Shown here: one piece after another, positions 47,535-57,751 of the stretch
Layout: each line of letters starts with the position of its first letter
Numbering within the stretch: position 1 is the first letter of the stretch
Virus record (IMG/VR): IMGVR_UViG_3300010359_000001
Span: 2,345-66,344 of that record
DNA: 64,000 bases
Reading direction: 5' to 3' (one strand)
Source of the DNA: a virus
Lineage: Duplodnaviria; Caudoviricetes
Made by a program: the position numbers and the translations under genes
The notes under the pieces: model-generated
Told to the model about the DNA's origin: nothing
Databases searched by the model: none
Seen by the model: only the letters and a program-made list of their open reading frames with translations

Positions 47535-48627
47535 GCATAAACAGATTGGAGACCATACGATGAAGAATCGAGGAACTGCTGAGACACCTACTCAAGCAGC
47601 CGCACGACGGCGGCAGCATGAGGATTACCTAGCGGCAGGCTGGGTAATGGCACTGGGACTCAACGGAAAGATGCGTAGGCGTATGATTCGCATGGGAGTA
47701 CGTAATGGAACCTGATACAGATGTTCATTTCTGGGACTCTACAAAGGTCGGCCACGCTGCCTGCGGTGCCCGGCAATCGGGGGTAAGGCTGACGGATAAG
47801 ACACCCGACGTTACATGCAGGTATTGCCAGATAAGGCGTGAGTTTTTCGCCGGGCAATACGACGAATCTCTATTAGGAAATGATTTGGAGGAAAGCCACG
47901 GTAGTCAGCAAAGTGACGAGAATTGAGTTGGCCCAGTCGCCGATAGCCTCATCATGAATATGATTGCCGAGCAGAATATCAATAGATAGATCGACAGATT
48001 GACTAGATTGACTAGATAGTATAAAACATCGGGGGTAACAATGTGGTACCGGGTCAGTGTGGCACTCGGAAATTTAGTCTGTTATGGCCTATTTATAATG
48101 GTAGGTGTGATCCTCATTCTTTCGTGGATCGCTGCCGGATTACGCGGCGAATGGCGTAAACCTAACGTAAAAGACCGAGACGGAAGTGAGTAGTGATGAA
48201 AAATAAATTTAGGGCAGAAGGTAGGATTGTAGTGTCATCCGGGACCGTATGCCGTGTGAAGAAATCAAAGAATTCAGCCCGTAGAGCTGCGCGGCACCTG
48301 AACAAACTACATAAAGCGAAGATGCGTGGCTGGTTCGAGCCTCCTGAGTATTCATTATAACTAGTTACCGTCGGATAGAATAGGAAGAGGACATTGCATA
48401 CTATCAAATGGACCCAGGATGGTAAACACTGTTGTTCGTCTGATCTTTCGTGTGAGGAGAGGGACGAATTACTGGCATCTCTGCAATGGAATACAAGTCT
48501 TACCGAAGTGCAACTTATTTCTAACGGGAAAGAAGTATTACACTTAGTGCGGTGTTCGAATGGTAAGGTGTCCGCCTTGATCTAAACCCATTCAAGTTCG
48601 GTTACGTTCTGAGACAATCGAACAGAT

Positions 48628-48672
48628 AGGGCCTGGTATCCCAGAGACGGGATAGGGCGTGTGTAGGTGAGA
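48628..48672 (+). repeat. 45-bp direct repeat, copy 2
   Basis: Identical to 43785-43829. Confidence 0.9.
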
Positions 48673-48828
48673 ACTTACCATGCGAGATTATCCAGGAGGC
48701 GGGCGACATGGTATCCCGCTATTTAGTCACGAATTAAAGAGAGTCCCAGTAATGGTATGCAAGTGCTAGGTGTTCACAGCGATATTCGATTCGACTATCG
48801 GCACAATGCAGATGGAGAGTGATGCACT

Positions 48829-49287
48829 GTGAAGATTTCTGAGTGTCCAGGTGACCACGACATGGTTACTGACCCAATCGGCAAGATGGACCCGGGCGAG
48901 AAATCAGCATGGGTGGCAGCGTTGCTGAGCGGGGATTATGAGCAGGCAAAGGAAGTACTCCGCTGCAATATCGGTAGTGGCAAGGTTGGTTATTGCTGCT
49001 GGGGTGTTTACTGTAACTTGAAAAATCCTGACGGTTGGTCAAAGTCTCAGAAATTGGTCGATCCTGCTGACGGCCGACTGGGATATTCTATTGGTGAATT
49101 TGGTGTTACTGAGCTACCGACACCACAGATGATATCGGCGTGGTCGGGTATGACCGTCGGTACGTATACGGTGATTGTTGAACTGTCCAGATGCAATGAC
49201 GGTGATCTGCCTGGCGAGGACGTGGAACTAAGGTGCAATGGACACACGTTCGCAGAGATTGCCGATTGGATTCAGGATAACCTCTGA
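48829..49287 (+). CDS. Conserved hypothetical phage protein
   Basis: WVAALLSGDYEQ...YCCWGV...ND....TFAEIADWI pattern. Confidence 0.6.
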   Translation: MKISECPGDHDMVTDPIGKMDPGEKSAWVAALLSGDYEQAKEVLRCNIGSGKVGYCCWGVYCNLKNPDGWSKSQKLVDPADGRLGYSIGEFGVTELPTPQMISAWSGMTVGTYTVIVELSRCNDGDLPGEDVELRCNGHTFAEIADWIQDNL

Positions 49288-49741
49288 TGGGTCCGCAGGC
49301 GGTATAGCATAACAAAGACAGACGAGGAGATTAGTAATGAGCTTCGATAATATCAGGGAACACCTAGCCAATGACATTACCACACTACGTGCATCACAGA
49401 TGTTTGGTATCGGATATATGGACGTTGAGCAATGGCAACGTTCAGTAGCTAAGACAAGGATGAACATTGACTGTGGCCCACAGCGTAGTGACCTGTGGAC
49501 AAGTATATTGTATTTGTCAGGTAATGAGTTACCATCAGAATACTAGTCCGTACCGAAACCCGGCACCTAATTAATGGAGGCACGATCTCAATGGATTTTG
49601 TATGGGGTGTGTTCTGGTTCATCGTGGTAGTTACCCTGATAGTCATGGCGCTACAGAATGGTGCCGTCGTGGGTGTATTCATCCACGATCTTATTCTTGG
49701 AGCTATCGATCTGGTGCGGTCTGCAGTGACTGGCAGTTGAC

Positions 49742-50383
49742 ATGCCACGCCGACGCAGACGAAAGAATGCTGCCGTCGCAGCAATGCTGATAGTGGGTGT
49801 CCTCCGTGCGTCGTGGAGGCACCCACTATTGGTATTTACGCTGCTGCTGAGCATGGGCACTGGCATTGCCGTTGACTACCTGTTCAGCGTATCCGGTACC
49901 GCGCAGTTATCGGTATCGGGCAGTGTATTGATAATGGTATTCGTGGCGTACCTCGTGACTCATGTTGGTTACGGGGCAATTTACGTCATCATTGCCATAC
50001 ACCCGACTAGCGGCAGGCAGGTATGTGCCTATGTCGGGTTAACCACACAGAGGCCATTCACAGACAGATATGGTGTTGTTCATTACCCACGTATCGAGCA
50101 ACATCTCGTTGGCTCGGATTACTACAACACGAATGCTGTTCCCTGGGCAGATACCGTTGTGCTGTGGTATTTTGCTCACGAGTCATACCACATGCCTGGT
50201 GTACGTAAACGTCCTGGGCAGCGTGGAGAGGCAGGTCCCATCCTCCGTTTCCTGGAATACGCAAACATCAGGATGCGTCGTCCGTTATACAATTATCAGC
50301 TCAACCAAACGAATGGTAGGCATATTCCCAAGTGGACGGCAGAGGAGCAGCGTAGACAGCGCGACGCATTACGGTCTATCTAG
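49742..50383 (+). CDS. Membrane-anchored GIY-YIG-like protein
   Basis: Three TM helices, then AIYVI...AYVGLT...R..QH...E...I....PLYN. Confidence 0.6.
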   Translation: MPRRRRRKNAAVAAMLIVGVLRASWRHPLLVFTLLLSMGTGIAVDYLFSVSGTAQLSVSGSVLIMVFVAYLVTHVGYGAIYVIIAIHPTSGRQVCAYVGLTTQRPFTDRYGVVHYPRIEQHLVGSDYYNTNAVPWADTVVLWYFAHESYHMPGVRKRPGQRGEAGPILRFLEYANIRMRRPLYNYQLNQTNGRHIPKWTAEEQRRQRDALRSI

Positions 50384-50479
50384 GATCTTCACTGTACTAT
50401 AAGTTGAATGACAATCAAGAGGTGCAACGTGGCCAGTAAAAGTAACCAAGATACTGATGCTGATTGGGAGTAAGTCACC

Positions 50480-50941
50480 ATGACAATCAAGAGACGCAAG
50501 CAAGCGCCCACCGTGGGTGATATCAGTGCCGATGCCGTGTTTCGGCATGCACCTGGTGGGCACATCGTTTACGGTACCTGGGTATTCAGGTCACGCGCTC
50601 CATTGGAGATAGTCCTACGGCTGAATGTTGGAAGGCGGGCATTCGTCGAATGGGTATTTGCTCGCAACAGCCTCGATGAAGCTATCGCGTTTCCCGGTCC
50701 GATTCACGGCACCGGTGACGTGAGAATGCAAGTGGACCCATTCGACGACTCTCTGTCTATTAATCTGAGGTCACCATCCGGTGGGTGCGTACTGCTTGGA
50801 TCTATGTCGGATGCCTATGATTTCCTAGCCTCCACCTGTGACATGATCCCCATCTGTGATAACGTTGACGAAACATGCAACATCTCCCACTGCCAGGAAC
50901 ATGAACTAATCTGGCAATGTGAGGAACAGATAGGAGATTAG
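50480..50941 (+). CDS. SsgA-like protein (SALP family, sporulation/cell-division regulator)
   Basis: PLEIVL...VEWVFAR..L......GTGDVRM.......I.LRSPSG..LL......FL..T...IP matches the SsgA/SsgB fold pattern. Confidence 0.8.
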   Translation: MTIKRRKQAPTVGDISADAVFRHAPGGHIVYGTWVFRSRAPLEIVLRLNVGRRAFVEWVFARNSLDEAIAFPGPIHGTGDVRMQVDPFDDSLSINLRSPSGGCVLLGSMSDAYDFLASTCDMIPICDNVDETCNISHCQEHELIWQCEEQIGD

Positions 50942-51388
50942 GTGCAATGGGGAATAGTCAGGAATTCCCGGTACCTCCGCATGAATACCTGAGCGCCAGT
51001 CGGCAGGCATACAATTTCGTGACCGGCATTATTGTACTCGGCATCATCGCGGCAATCGGTGCCAGTCACCGGATTGCCTATGAATTAGGTTTAGCCGAAC
51101 ACAAAAGTCTGGACTGACACGTCGGCATGGCCAGGTGATCTTGGAGCCACCGCGCCGTCCCTCGTATCCTAGCGGCATGGCGGCACATCACCCGGTCGCC
51201 GGGTGCATCACAGAGACAAGATCATGGCTTAGTTGGAGTGGCAGTACTGGCCGTCGAGCTGAGGCCGCCAGCGTTCATCTGAGCGGCTGCAACGTGCATC
51301 CACTCTTTTGATCTTGCCTGGTGAAACCCCTTTTGATCTTGATAACAGCACCGGTACACTGCCGTACTGTAACTGCAGAGGAGTCAGA

Positions 51389-51811
51389 GACATGACCAAA
51401 CGTGAATCGGTGGCAGAGCCAATGAAAGGTACATCATTGGTTACCCTGATATGTTCTCTGGGTAGTGCAGGTTTGTCGATCATTGCCAACGTGGAGGCAT
51501 TCAGTGGTATGCCAACTGAGACGCAGGTATATGTTGGTGGAGCTGTTGAGAAGTTGGCCAATACAGCGGCACCACTACTGGCATTCACTGCGCTATTATC
51601 CATCTTGCTCATCGTCGACGGTATCCAATCAGTAAATGCTGATCGGTTGTTCGCCCCGCTCATCCTGCTCGCATTTTCGGTGTGCGGCTCGGTGGCATTC
51701 TTTGTGCACCTGGACTCGATCGGTAGGTTTATGGCACCTCCAGCTGTATTCTTCTCGCTGGTCAGCCTGCACGGAATACTCAGAGCAGGTCCATCAGGTG
51801 AGATAGTTTAG
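51389..51811 (+). CDS. Four-TM membrane protein
   Basis: Four hydrophobic helices; start taken at the ATG of MTKRES. Confidence 0.55.
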   Translation, partial: DMTKRESVAEPMKGTSLVTLICSLGSAGLSIIANVEAFSGMPTETQVYVGGAVEKLANTAAPLLAFTALLSILLIVDGIQSVNADRLFAPLILLAFSVCGSVAFFVHLDSIGRFMAPPAVFFSLVSLHGILRAGPSGEIV

Positions 51812-52180
51812 GAATGGGGCAGCAGGGGAGGGGGATCAAAGGGTGCTCCATGATGGCAGACTGATGAGGTTTATGACCTAGAGAGGTGACTGGAATGCAG
51901 ACACAACTGGGAAGAGGGAAAGGTAAGCCACTCGACAACACGTCGGCGCTATATCTCGCATTGACATTGGTCAGTGTGGGATTGGCAGTGGTGGGAATTA
52001 TTCGCGGGTGGGAGGCAATCGCATTGCTCGGCGTGTTCATACTGGCGGTCTCTGCATTCCTGACCGGTTCCACCTGGGGGTGTGAGTGTCCCAATAACGA
52101 GATCGGCGAAACGGCACACGTCAAGCCTGCTGGTCTGTAAGCTGGCGGCCTGAAACACAAGTAGGTTACAAACGGAAAGG

Positions 52181-52654
52181 GTGAAAGGGAGCAAAGTGCA
52201 CAGGGACGCAGCGCGACTCTCGGGACGGATACTGTTATGGTGGGCATCCATCATCGTGTTCGTCCTGGCAATGTCATTCATCACAATGTTGCTAACTGGT
52301 GTGTTCAGCAAGGAAACTGCCAATTTCCGGGGGGAGGTGAAACAGACAGAACGAGTGCATGCCGATCCGTATTACCGGATTACACACTATGATGCGTTCT
52401 TTAATCAGTGCGCATCAATCCAGACCCTGACAACCCAGGTGCAGAATGCACAGACCGACTACGACACCGCACCGGACACGGCGTCGAGACGGGATGCTCA
52501 ACTCAGACTGATTGGTGCACGGAATCAGAGAGTTGCAGCAATCAACCAATACAACGCCGATGCAGGAAAGGAAGATACAGCGGCTAACTTTCTATCGAGT
52601 AACTTGCCGTACCACATCGACCCGAATGCAGAGGTAGTTCAATGCGCAGCGTGA
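52181..52654 (+). CDS. Membrane-anchored protein
   Basis: N-terminal TM helix, coiled-coil, YNADA motif; coupled to the next lipoprotein gene. Confidence 0.6.
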   Translation: MKGSKVHRDAARLSGRILLWWASIIVFVLAMSFITMLLTGVFSKETANFRGEVKQTERVHADPYYRITHYDAFFNQCASIQTLTTQVQNAQTDYDTAPDTASRRDAQLRLIGARNQRVAAINQYNADAGKEDTAANFLSSNLPYHIDPNAEVVQCAA

Positions 52655-53238
52655 TACCTAACAATCGGTGGGCTAGAGCTGGAATCGTTTTACTGTTTGG
52701 AGTCTTCGGGTTCATTGCTGTGGGCGCTTCATCATGCGATACACCAAACGGGCAGGATAAGGACGCTACAATACGTCAGGGTGGATTCGACAGATTGCAA
52801 GCACAGCAACCGGCGGTTTACATGGATTATTCGCCGACTCGCGACACGATCAAATTTTTTGCCGACACCTGGGGAAAGGACCCTAACAAACTGAGCTACG
52901 TGTACCTGACCAATCAGGCAGGTGTCGTAGTGAGGTATTACGTTATCAAGGGTCTACCTACCTCATTCTGTGCTCAGATGCTACCGCCACAAGTAGTGGA
53001 CTGGAGTAGCAGTGGCGGTAATGTGGTTATTCCAGCACCTGCAATCGACGGCGCGTACTACAGTGGCAATGCCGGATGCAATCAGTATTACGGCCGAGAT
53101 GCTACGACTAATTCCTACGTATCCTGGACACAGGAGACAGGAATCACGCAGGTATCAGAGCAGCCAATGGGCAGACCAGAAACAGATCGGGCTGAACTGG
53201 CGGGCGGTCCTACTGTCATCGGTCGGGAACACCAGTAA
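52642..53238 (+). CDS. Lipoprotein
   Basis: Lipobox-like ASS-C; YSPTRDTI...WGKDPNKLSYVYL pattern. Confidence 0.6.
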   Translation: MRSVIPNNRWARAGIVLLFGVFGFIAVGASSCDTPNGQDKDATIRQGGFDRLQAQQPAVYMDYSPTRDTIKFFADTWGKDPNKLSYVYLTNQAGVVVRYYVIKGLPTSFCAQMLPPQVVDWSSSGGNVVIPAPAIDGAYYSGNAGCNQYYGRDATTNSYVSWTQETGITQVSEQPMGRPETDRAELAGGPTVIGREHQ

Positions 53239-53518
53239 CCACGCAGCAAGGTGATTACACTGAATGACTAGCCTAGACGCGCTACGATAGCTCTCAGAGT
53301 CCGATACAGAGCTACCATAGCGTATCCAGCAGGTAGCTATGGAGGACAGCACCGTGTCGGAGGACAGAGGACTAATCGAGCAGATTGCAGACCTCGCGGG
53401 ACCAGTGCCCGACGTTGACAGGGCATTCTTGCAAGGCTGGCAAGTTGAATTTATCATCAATACTGACGGCACGGTAAGCGACTTGCAGCTGATTGCCCCC
53501 AATGGTGAGTAGATTGAA

Positions 53519-53926
53519 ATGACCGTGACTGCACACCAAATACATCAGGTATGGATGAAACCGGTCCACACTTCGGAAGGATTACTGGTCAAGTGCCGGA
53601 AATGTGGTTCCGAGGTCGGCGTGATGTGTGTCTATCTGGCCGGGCAATGGAGATCATCCAAGAACCATCACCGGGCCGGGAAGACTTGTCTACGGATTCA
53701 CAACGAAAGGATAAGAGACGCAGCGGATTACAGAGTCAAAAAATGGAAGCGTGAGAATCAGGCACGTGACCGCATGCTCATAGAGTCGCGTAGAGTAAGC
53801 ACCGATAGCCGGGCGGCATGGCGGTCGATGCTCGAATGGGAGCGTGAACGGCATGAGGAATTGCGACTGTGGCTGGAGACATATGGTTACATACTGATGG
53901 ATGATGCACAAGTAGGCAATTCCTGA
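53519..53926 (+). CDS. Zinc-finger hypothetical protein
   Basis: CRKCGS...C...H..R motif. Confidence 0.5.
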   Translation: MTVTAHQIHQVWMKPVHTSEGLLVKCRKCGSEVGVMCVYLAGQWRSSKNHHRAGKTCLRIHNERIRDAADYRVKKWKRENQARDRMLIESRRVSTDSRAAWRSMLEWERERHEELRLWLETYGYILMDDAQVGNS

Positions 53927-54207
53927 ATGGAACCCTGCTTTTACTGAACTGACCATGATATTGATAAGAACATTGTGGGTCGACATGAGAGAATTGGAAA
54001 AGATTAGTGAATCTCCACCTATAGAAGTAGGTTATGACTATTGGATACGAAAGTGTCCATCTTCGACATGCAATTGGTTCCAGTGCAGTATGATTGGTGC
54101 CGACCGGTTAACGGGAAGTCATATATGCTCACGGGACGGTAGAACATATCTTGTAGTATGGACATTATTACCAGGGTGGTAGCAACGGGCCGATTTGCTC
54201 CATTTAC

Positions 54208-54597
54208 ATGACGCGGCATGAGGAAGAGGATGGAATGACGAGTGTCGTCGAATTATTTGCGGTTCAGAATAATGGCCCGGAGACAAGTGAGGCATTCGAT
54301 CTTTACGAAATCGAGGGACTAGAGCCCGGATACGTCTGCAAAGCATTCTGGCGACACGGTGCATTCAGTGGTGGAGTCTATGTCCGAGTAATCAATAATG
54401 TTACTTACTGGGTAGCTGTCTTCGAATGCAAGTGTGGGACATGGCGCACAACTAAGTACACTCCGAACACTGGGCAAAAGGTAGGCGGGCACCGGTACTG
54501 GCGTTCAAATAAGGCGGACTACCCAAAGGACCTCTCACAGGACGAGTGTATGGCACGAGTATTAGCAGCGATGCTAATCAAGGAACGTAGCACCTGA
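54208..54597 (+). CDS. Hypothetical protein
   Basis: CKAFWRH...CKCGTWR motif. Confidence 0.55.
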   Translation: MTRHEEEDGMTSVVELFAVQNNGPETSEAFDLYEIEGLEPGYVCKAFWRHGAFSGGVYVRVINNVTYWVAVFECKCGTWRTTKYTPNTGQKVGGHRYWRSNKADYPKDLSQDECMARVLAAMLIKERST

Positions 54598-54769
54598 CAT
54601 GTTGTCAGCATTACGCCAGTAGGTTATCACTGTCTATCATCAGTGCTAGGTGATGGGTGTCTGTGTATCGATTCTAGGCATGGAGTGTGATCTAATGGTG
54701 GTGCTAGTGGAGGCATACCACCGTTTGGCCTCTCACTAGCATCATGGGTCACCCAGACAGGCGAGATAT

Positions 54770-55655
54770 ATGGTAGGTGGCGTGGCGGTTATGGAAGTCA
54801 CTACACTAACCCAAGTACTCGATGCTGCCGACACAGTTACCACCAGTGGATTGCTACTACTGCTATTCGTTGCATGGATAAAGGGTTGGATAGTATCTCC
54901 ACGGGAAGTCAATGCCAAAGACGAATTGATAAAAACTGAAACTGAGACGATCACACGGCTAATCCAGGAACGTAACGACTGGCAACAGATAGCACTACAA
55001 GCAATGAACTTGGGAGAGCGTACAGTCACTGCATTAGGTAATAGGCGAGGCAACGCATGAGCATATGGCCATTCAGCAGGTTTGGCAAACAACAACAGCC
55101 AGCCACATGCGATAAGGGTACTTTGGTCAATCCCGGAGCTGACCCCCAAGTGCACGACACTGCAGTATCCGGTGCAATGGATCGCCTGAGAATATTAAAC
55201 GAATTCGTAAGTCTAATAGAGTCTGGCAAAGAGGCACCGCCACCGACCGAGGTGAACGAGCAATGATGCTCAGTAGAACCATAGCCATTACAGAACTGAT
55301 ATGGACAATTGTAGCTACACCCGGTCTATTAGTCTGGGTGTTACTACTCAGGTACATAATGTCGATCCACAGGACTGCGCGTAAGAACTACAACAGGTCG
55401 AACATGGTAGTGGCTAACGCTATGCTGGTGCTGGGAATAGCAGGCTTAGCGACTGAGATCGTGTTCGTGTCATGGGGCATATTTGGAATGACGCAACCGC
55501 AGGTAGTACAGAGAATCACTCCACTGGGTTGGGCTTTCACAATAGGCATTGTATTGATAGCTACACTCGCCACGGTCGTGGGTATTGTACTGCGTAGGGC
55601 AATAGCCATTGTATGGAAGTTAGCAACACAGAACAGAAATCATGGTGATAACTAA
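54770..55655 (+). CDS. Three coupled small membrane/coiled-coil genes (54770-55060, 55057-55266, 55263-55655)
   Basis: ATGA overlaps and TM helices; resemble the accessory membrane genes of actinophage lysis regions. Confidence 0.5.
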
Positions 55656-56440
55656 TGACAATGTGGATATATGATGAGACATGTTCACAACTACCAACCA
55701 ACTTTCATATCACTGACCCTGACCTCATGCACATGGTGAATCACATAGTGAGCAATTGGGGTCTGAGATCAACCATCACAGGCCATGCTTACGGTACGGC
55801 AGCGCTATTCAGGGAAAATGATTTCGTCGACCACATCACCGGGGAACTATATTACAGGCTCGCACAAAAGGCACGCGGCCGGATGGTCCTCGAATACAGT
55901 ATCAAGTGGTTCTATTCAACTGTCCATCATTTCCTGTTGCCAGCAAGTATCGAGCCTGACCTAGATGAATTCCTAGAGGTGACTGGAGACGTCAGAGCAT
56001 TCGCCCATAGTGTGCATTTATTGGCAACGTTCGCTGTCCAAATCAGAGCTGTGACTATTCTAGCGGTGCCACAACGTCGGCCAACGGGCACAAGGTCACA
56101 TGTATTCAATGATATGATGCAGGCTGCGGCACTTGGATTCAATGGCATGGCGCAGGCTGCGGCCAGACAGACCGATCGTATACAGGGATTGTTCGACACG
56201 ACAGGCGAGATACACAGCCTCACTGCAGTTCCCGAATCCGGTGCTAGTGTCACGCCTGAACAGATTAGGTCGCGGCTAATGGAAGTGGATAATCAGCCAC
56301 TACCTACGATAGCTGATGAACCAATGGAATCAGAGCACGGAGCGATGAGACACAGACCCAGTGATGGTGCATACCCACTCGACTTCAGTGCTATGATTGC
56401 TGGCATCGACGAACTTATCGGGGACGATTACGACGAATAG
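55655..56440 (+). CDS. Hypothetical protein
   Basis: 261 aa ORF ending at a hairpin. Confidence 0.5.
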   Translation: MTMWIYDETCSQLPTNFHITDPDLMHMVNHIVSNWGLRSTITGHAYGTAALFRENDFVDHITGELYYRLAQKARGRMVLEYSIKWFYSTVHHFLLPASIEPDLDEFLEVTGDVRAFAHSVHLLATFAVQIRAVTILAVPQRRPTGTRSHVFNDMMQAAALGFNGMAQAAARQTDRIQGLFDTTGEIHSLTAVPESGASVTPEQIRSRLMEVDNQPLPTIADEPMESEHGAMRHRPSDGAYPLDFSAMIAGIDELIGDDYDE

Positions 56441-56488
56441 GTGGGACCGCAGCCGACTGGTTGAGAATCAAATAGACTACGGTCCCAC
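56441..56488. terminator. Hairpin between convergent transcription units
   Basis: GTGGGACCG / CGGTCCCAC stem. Confidence 0.5.
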
Positions 56489-56527
56489 ATCCCCGACAGG
56501 ATGACCTCGATTTCACCTATTAGCGAG

Positions 56528-56779
56528 CTATGCGGTAGTAGGTGGCGGTGCAGGTGGGAATACTGACCCACCCGGCAAGATATCGAAGTTGAACGGTCCG
56601 AACGGTCCTACCTGGAACTGCATTCCACAGAGCAGGCTCAATGGATAGCAGTGCACCGGCTCTCGTGTCGGCGGTTCAGTTGGACTCTGAGCATCCGCTA
56701 CAGGAACGAAAACCAGTGCTAGGCACAAGGACACCACACCTACCGTCACAGTGCGCCTCAGGGCGATGTAGTGGGTCAT
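56528..56779 (-). CDS. Small secreted Pro-rich protein
   Basis: Signal peptide ending ADA-Q; mature part about 53 aa with C-YPLSLL-C. Confidence 0.55.
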   Translation of the reverse strand: MTHYIALRRTVTVGVVSLCLALVFVPVADAQSPTEPPTREPVHCYPLSLLCGMQFQVGPFGPFNFDILPGGSVFPPAPPPTTA

Positions 56780-57234
56780 TACGTAGGCCTTGGCACTAGT
56801 CTGGGAATCCAGGCACTGACCCGAGTGAACAGGGCGAACATATCCATCATGTTGATGTGGGAGATCTCGTCTGGTATCTTCTCGGCGCCGTCGACGGCCT
56901 TTTGCAGGTCATCTCGAACACCCTGGTCGCTTACACCCTCCAATAGGTCAGTGACCTGGAATCCATCGCGCTTGATTGCCACAGACAGATTTGTGATGAA
57001 GTCGAGTGCAGCAGCCATCGCCTGCTGTAGTAGATCGGACCAATTTGGTTGGGCTCCGTGAATGAGTGCTTCAATGCTGTTATACAGATTAGAAATCGAG
57101 GCGCGTACCCGGCCGTTAGAGACGGATTGCACCAATTCATCGAGGGTGAGTTTCTTGTCAGCAAGGGCGTCCTTGATACGAACGGCCAACCCCAAACCAC
57201 CGTCGATTGCCTCGTTAAGCTCCGGCGTTGCCAT
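56779..57234 (-). CDS. Helical protein with internal repeat, downstream of the holin
   Basis: DELVQSVSNGRVRASI and DLLEGVSDQGVRDDL. Confidence 0.55.
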   Translation of the reverse strand: MATPELNEAIDGGLGLAVRIKDALADKKLTLDELVQSVSNGRVRASISNLYNSIEALIHGAQPNWSDLLQQAMAAALDFITNLSVAIKRDGFQVTDLLEGVSDQGVRDDLQKAVDGAEKIPDEISHINMMDMFALFTRVSAWIPRLVPRPT

Positions 57235-57237
57235 TGT

Positions 57238-57456
57238 TCACCCTTCGTCAATATCGTGGATGGACGGTTTGACCCGGACATATGCAGTCTTATTCCCTGC
57301 TACTGCGACACTGGCCGGAGTCAATACGGCCATGATGATTCCGATCCAATCGGTGCCGCTGATCGATCCATCTTGCAATGCAACACTGAGTGCAGTAATT
57401 GCAGTGCCAACGAATGCCAGGATAGCCTTTTTGTATCTCAGTATGAAATCGATCAT
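57238..57456 (-). CDS. Holin
   Basis: 72 aa, YKKAILAFVGTAITAL...DGSISGTDWIGIIMAVL, two TM helices, actinophage holin pattern. Confidence 0.75.
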   Translation of the reverse strand: MIDFILRYKKAILAFVGTAITALSVALQDGSISGTDWIGIIMAVLTPASVAVAGNKTAYVRVKPSIHDIDEG

Positions 57457-57468
57457 CGGAGTATCCCC

Positions 57469-57485
57469 ACTGTGAGACTCACAGT
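57469..57485. promoter_or_regulatory. Putative operator, copy 3 (perfect palindrome)
   Basis: ACTGTGAGACTCACAGT between the divergent holin and endolysin genes. Confidence 0.6.
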
Positions 57486-57751
57486 CTAGTAAGTACGAAG
57501 TCGCGATAGTGTGCCTGTATGCAGCTGAACGGATCACTAGTAGCATAGCGCGCGGGGCTACTGAGGCAAGGGGCAGCGATGGCCGATTTACCAGAGTCAT
57601 TACAGTGTGGACTCAATGCTAATAGTGCAGTCATGATGGAAGATTACACAGATTGGCAACCAACCGCAGAGGAACTATCACGACTGGACCAATACGAAAT
57701 CGGCGACCCCAACACTGAAGATGATTGGAAACTCCAAGGTGGTGATGAGAA

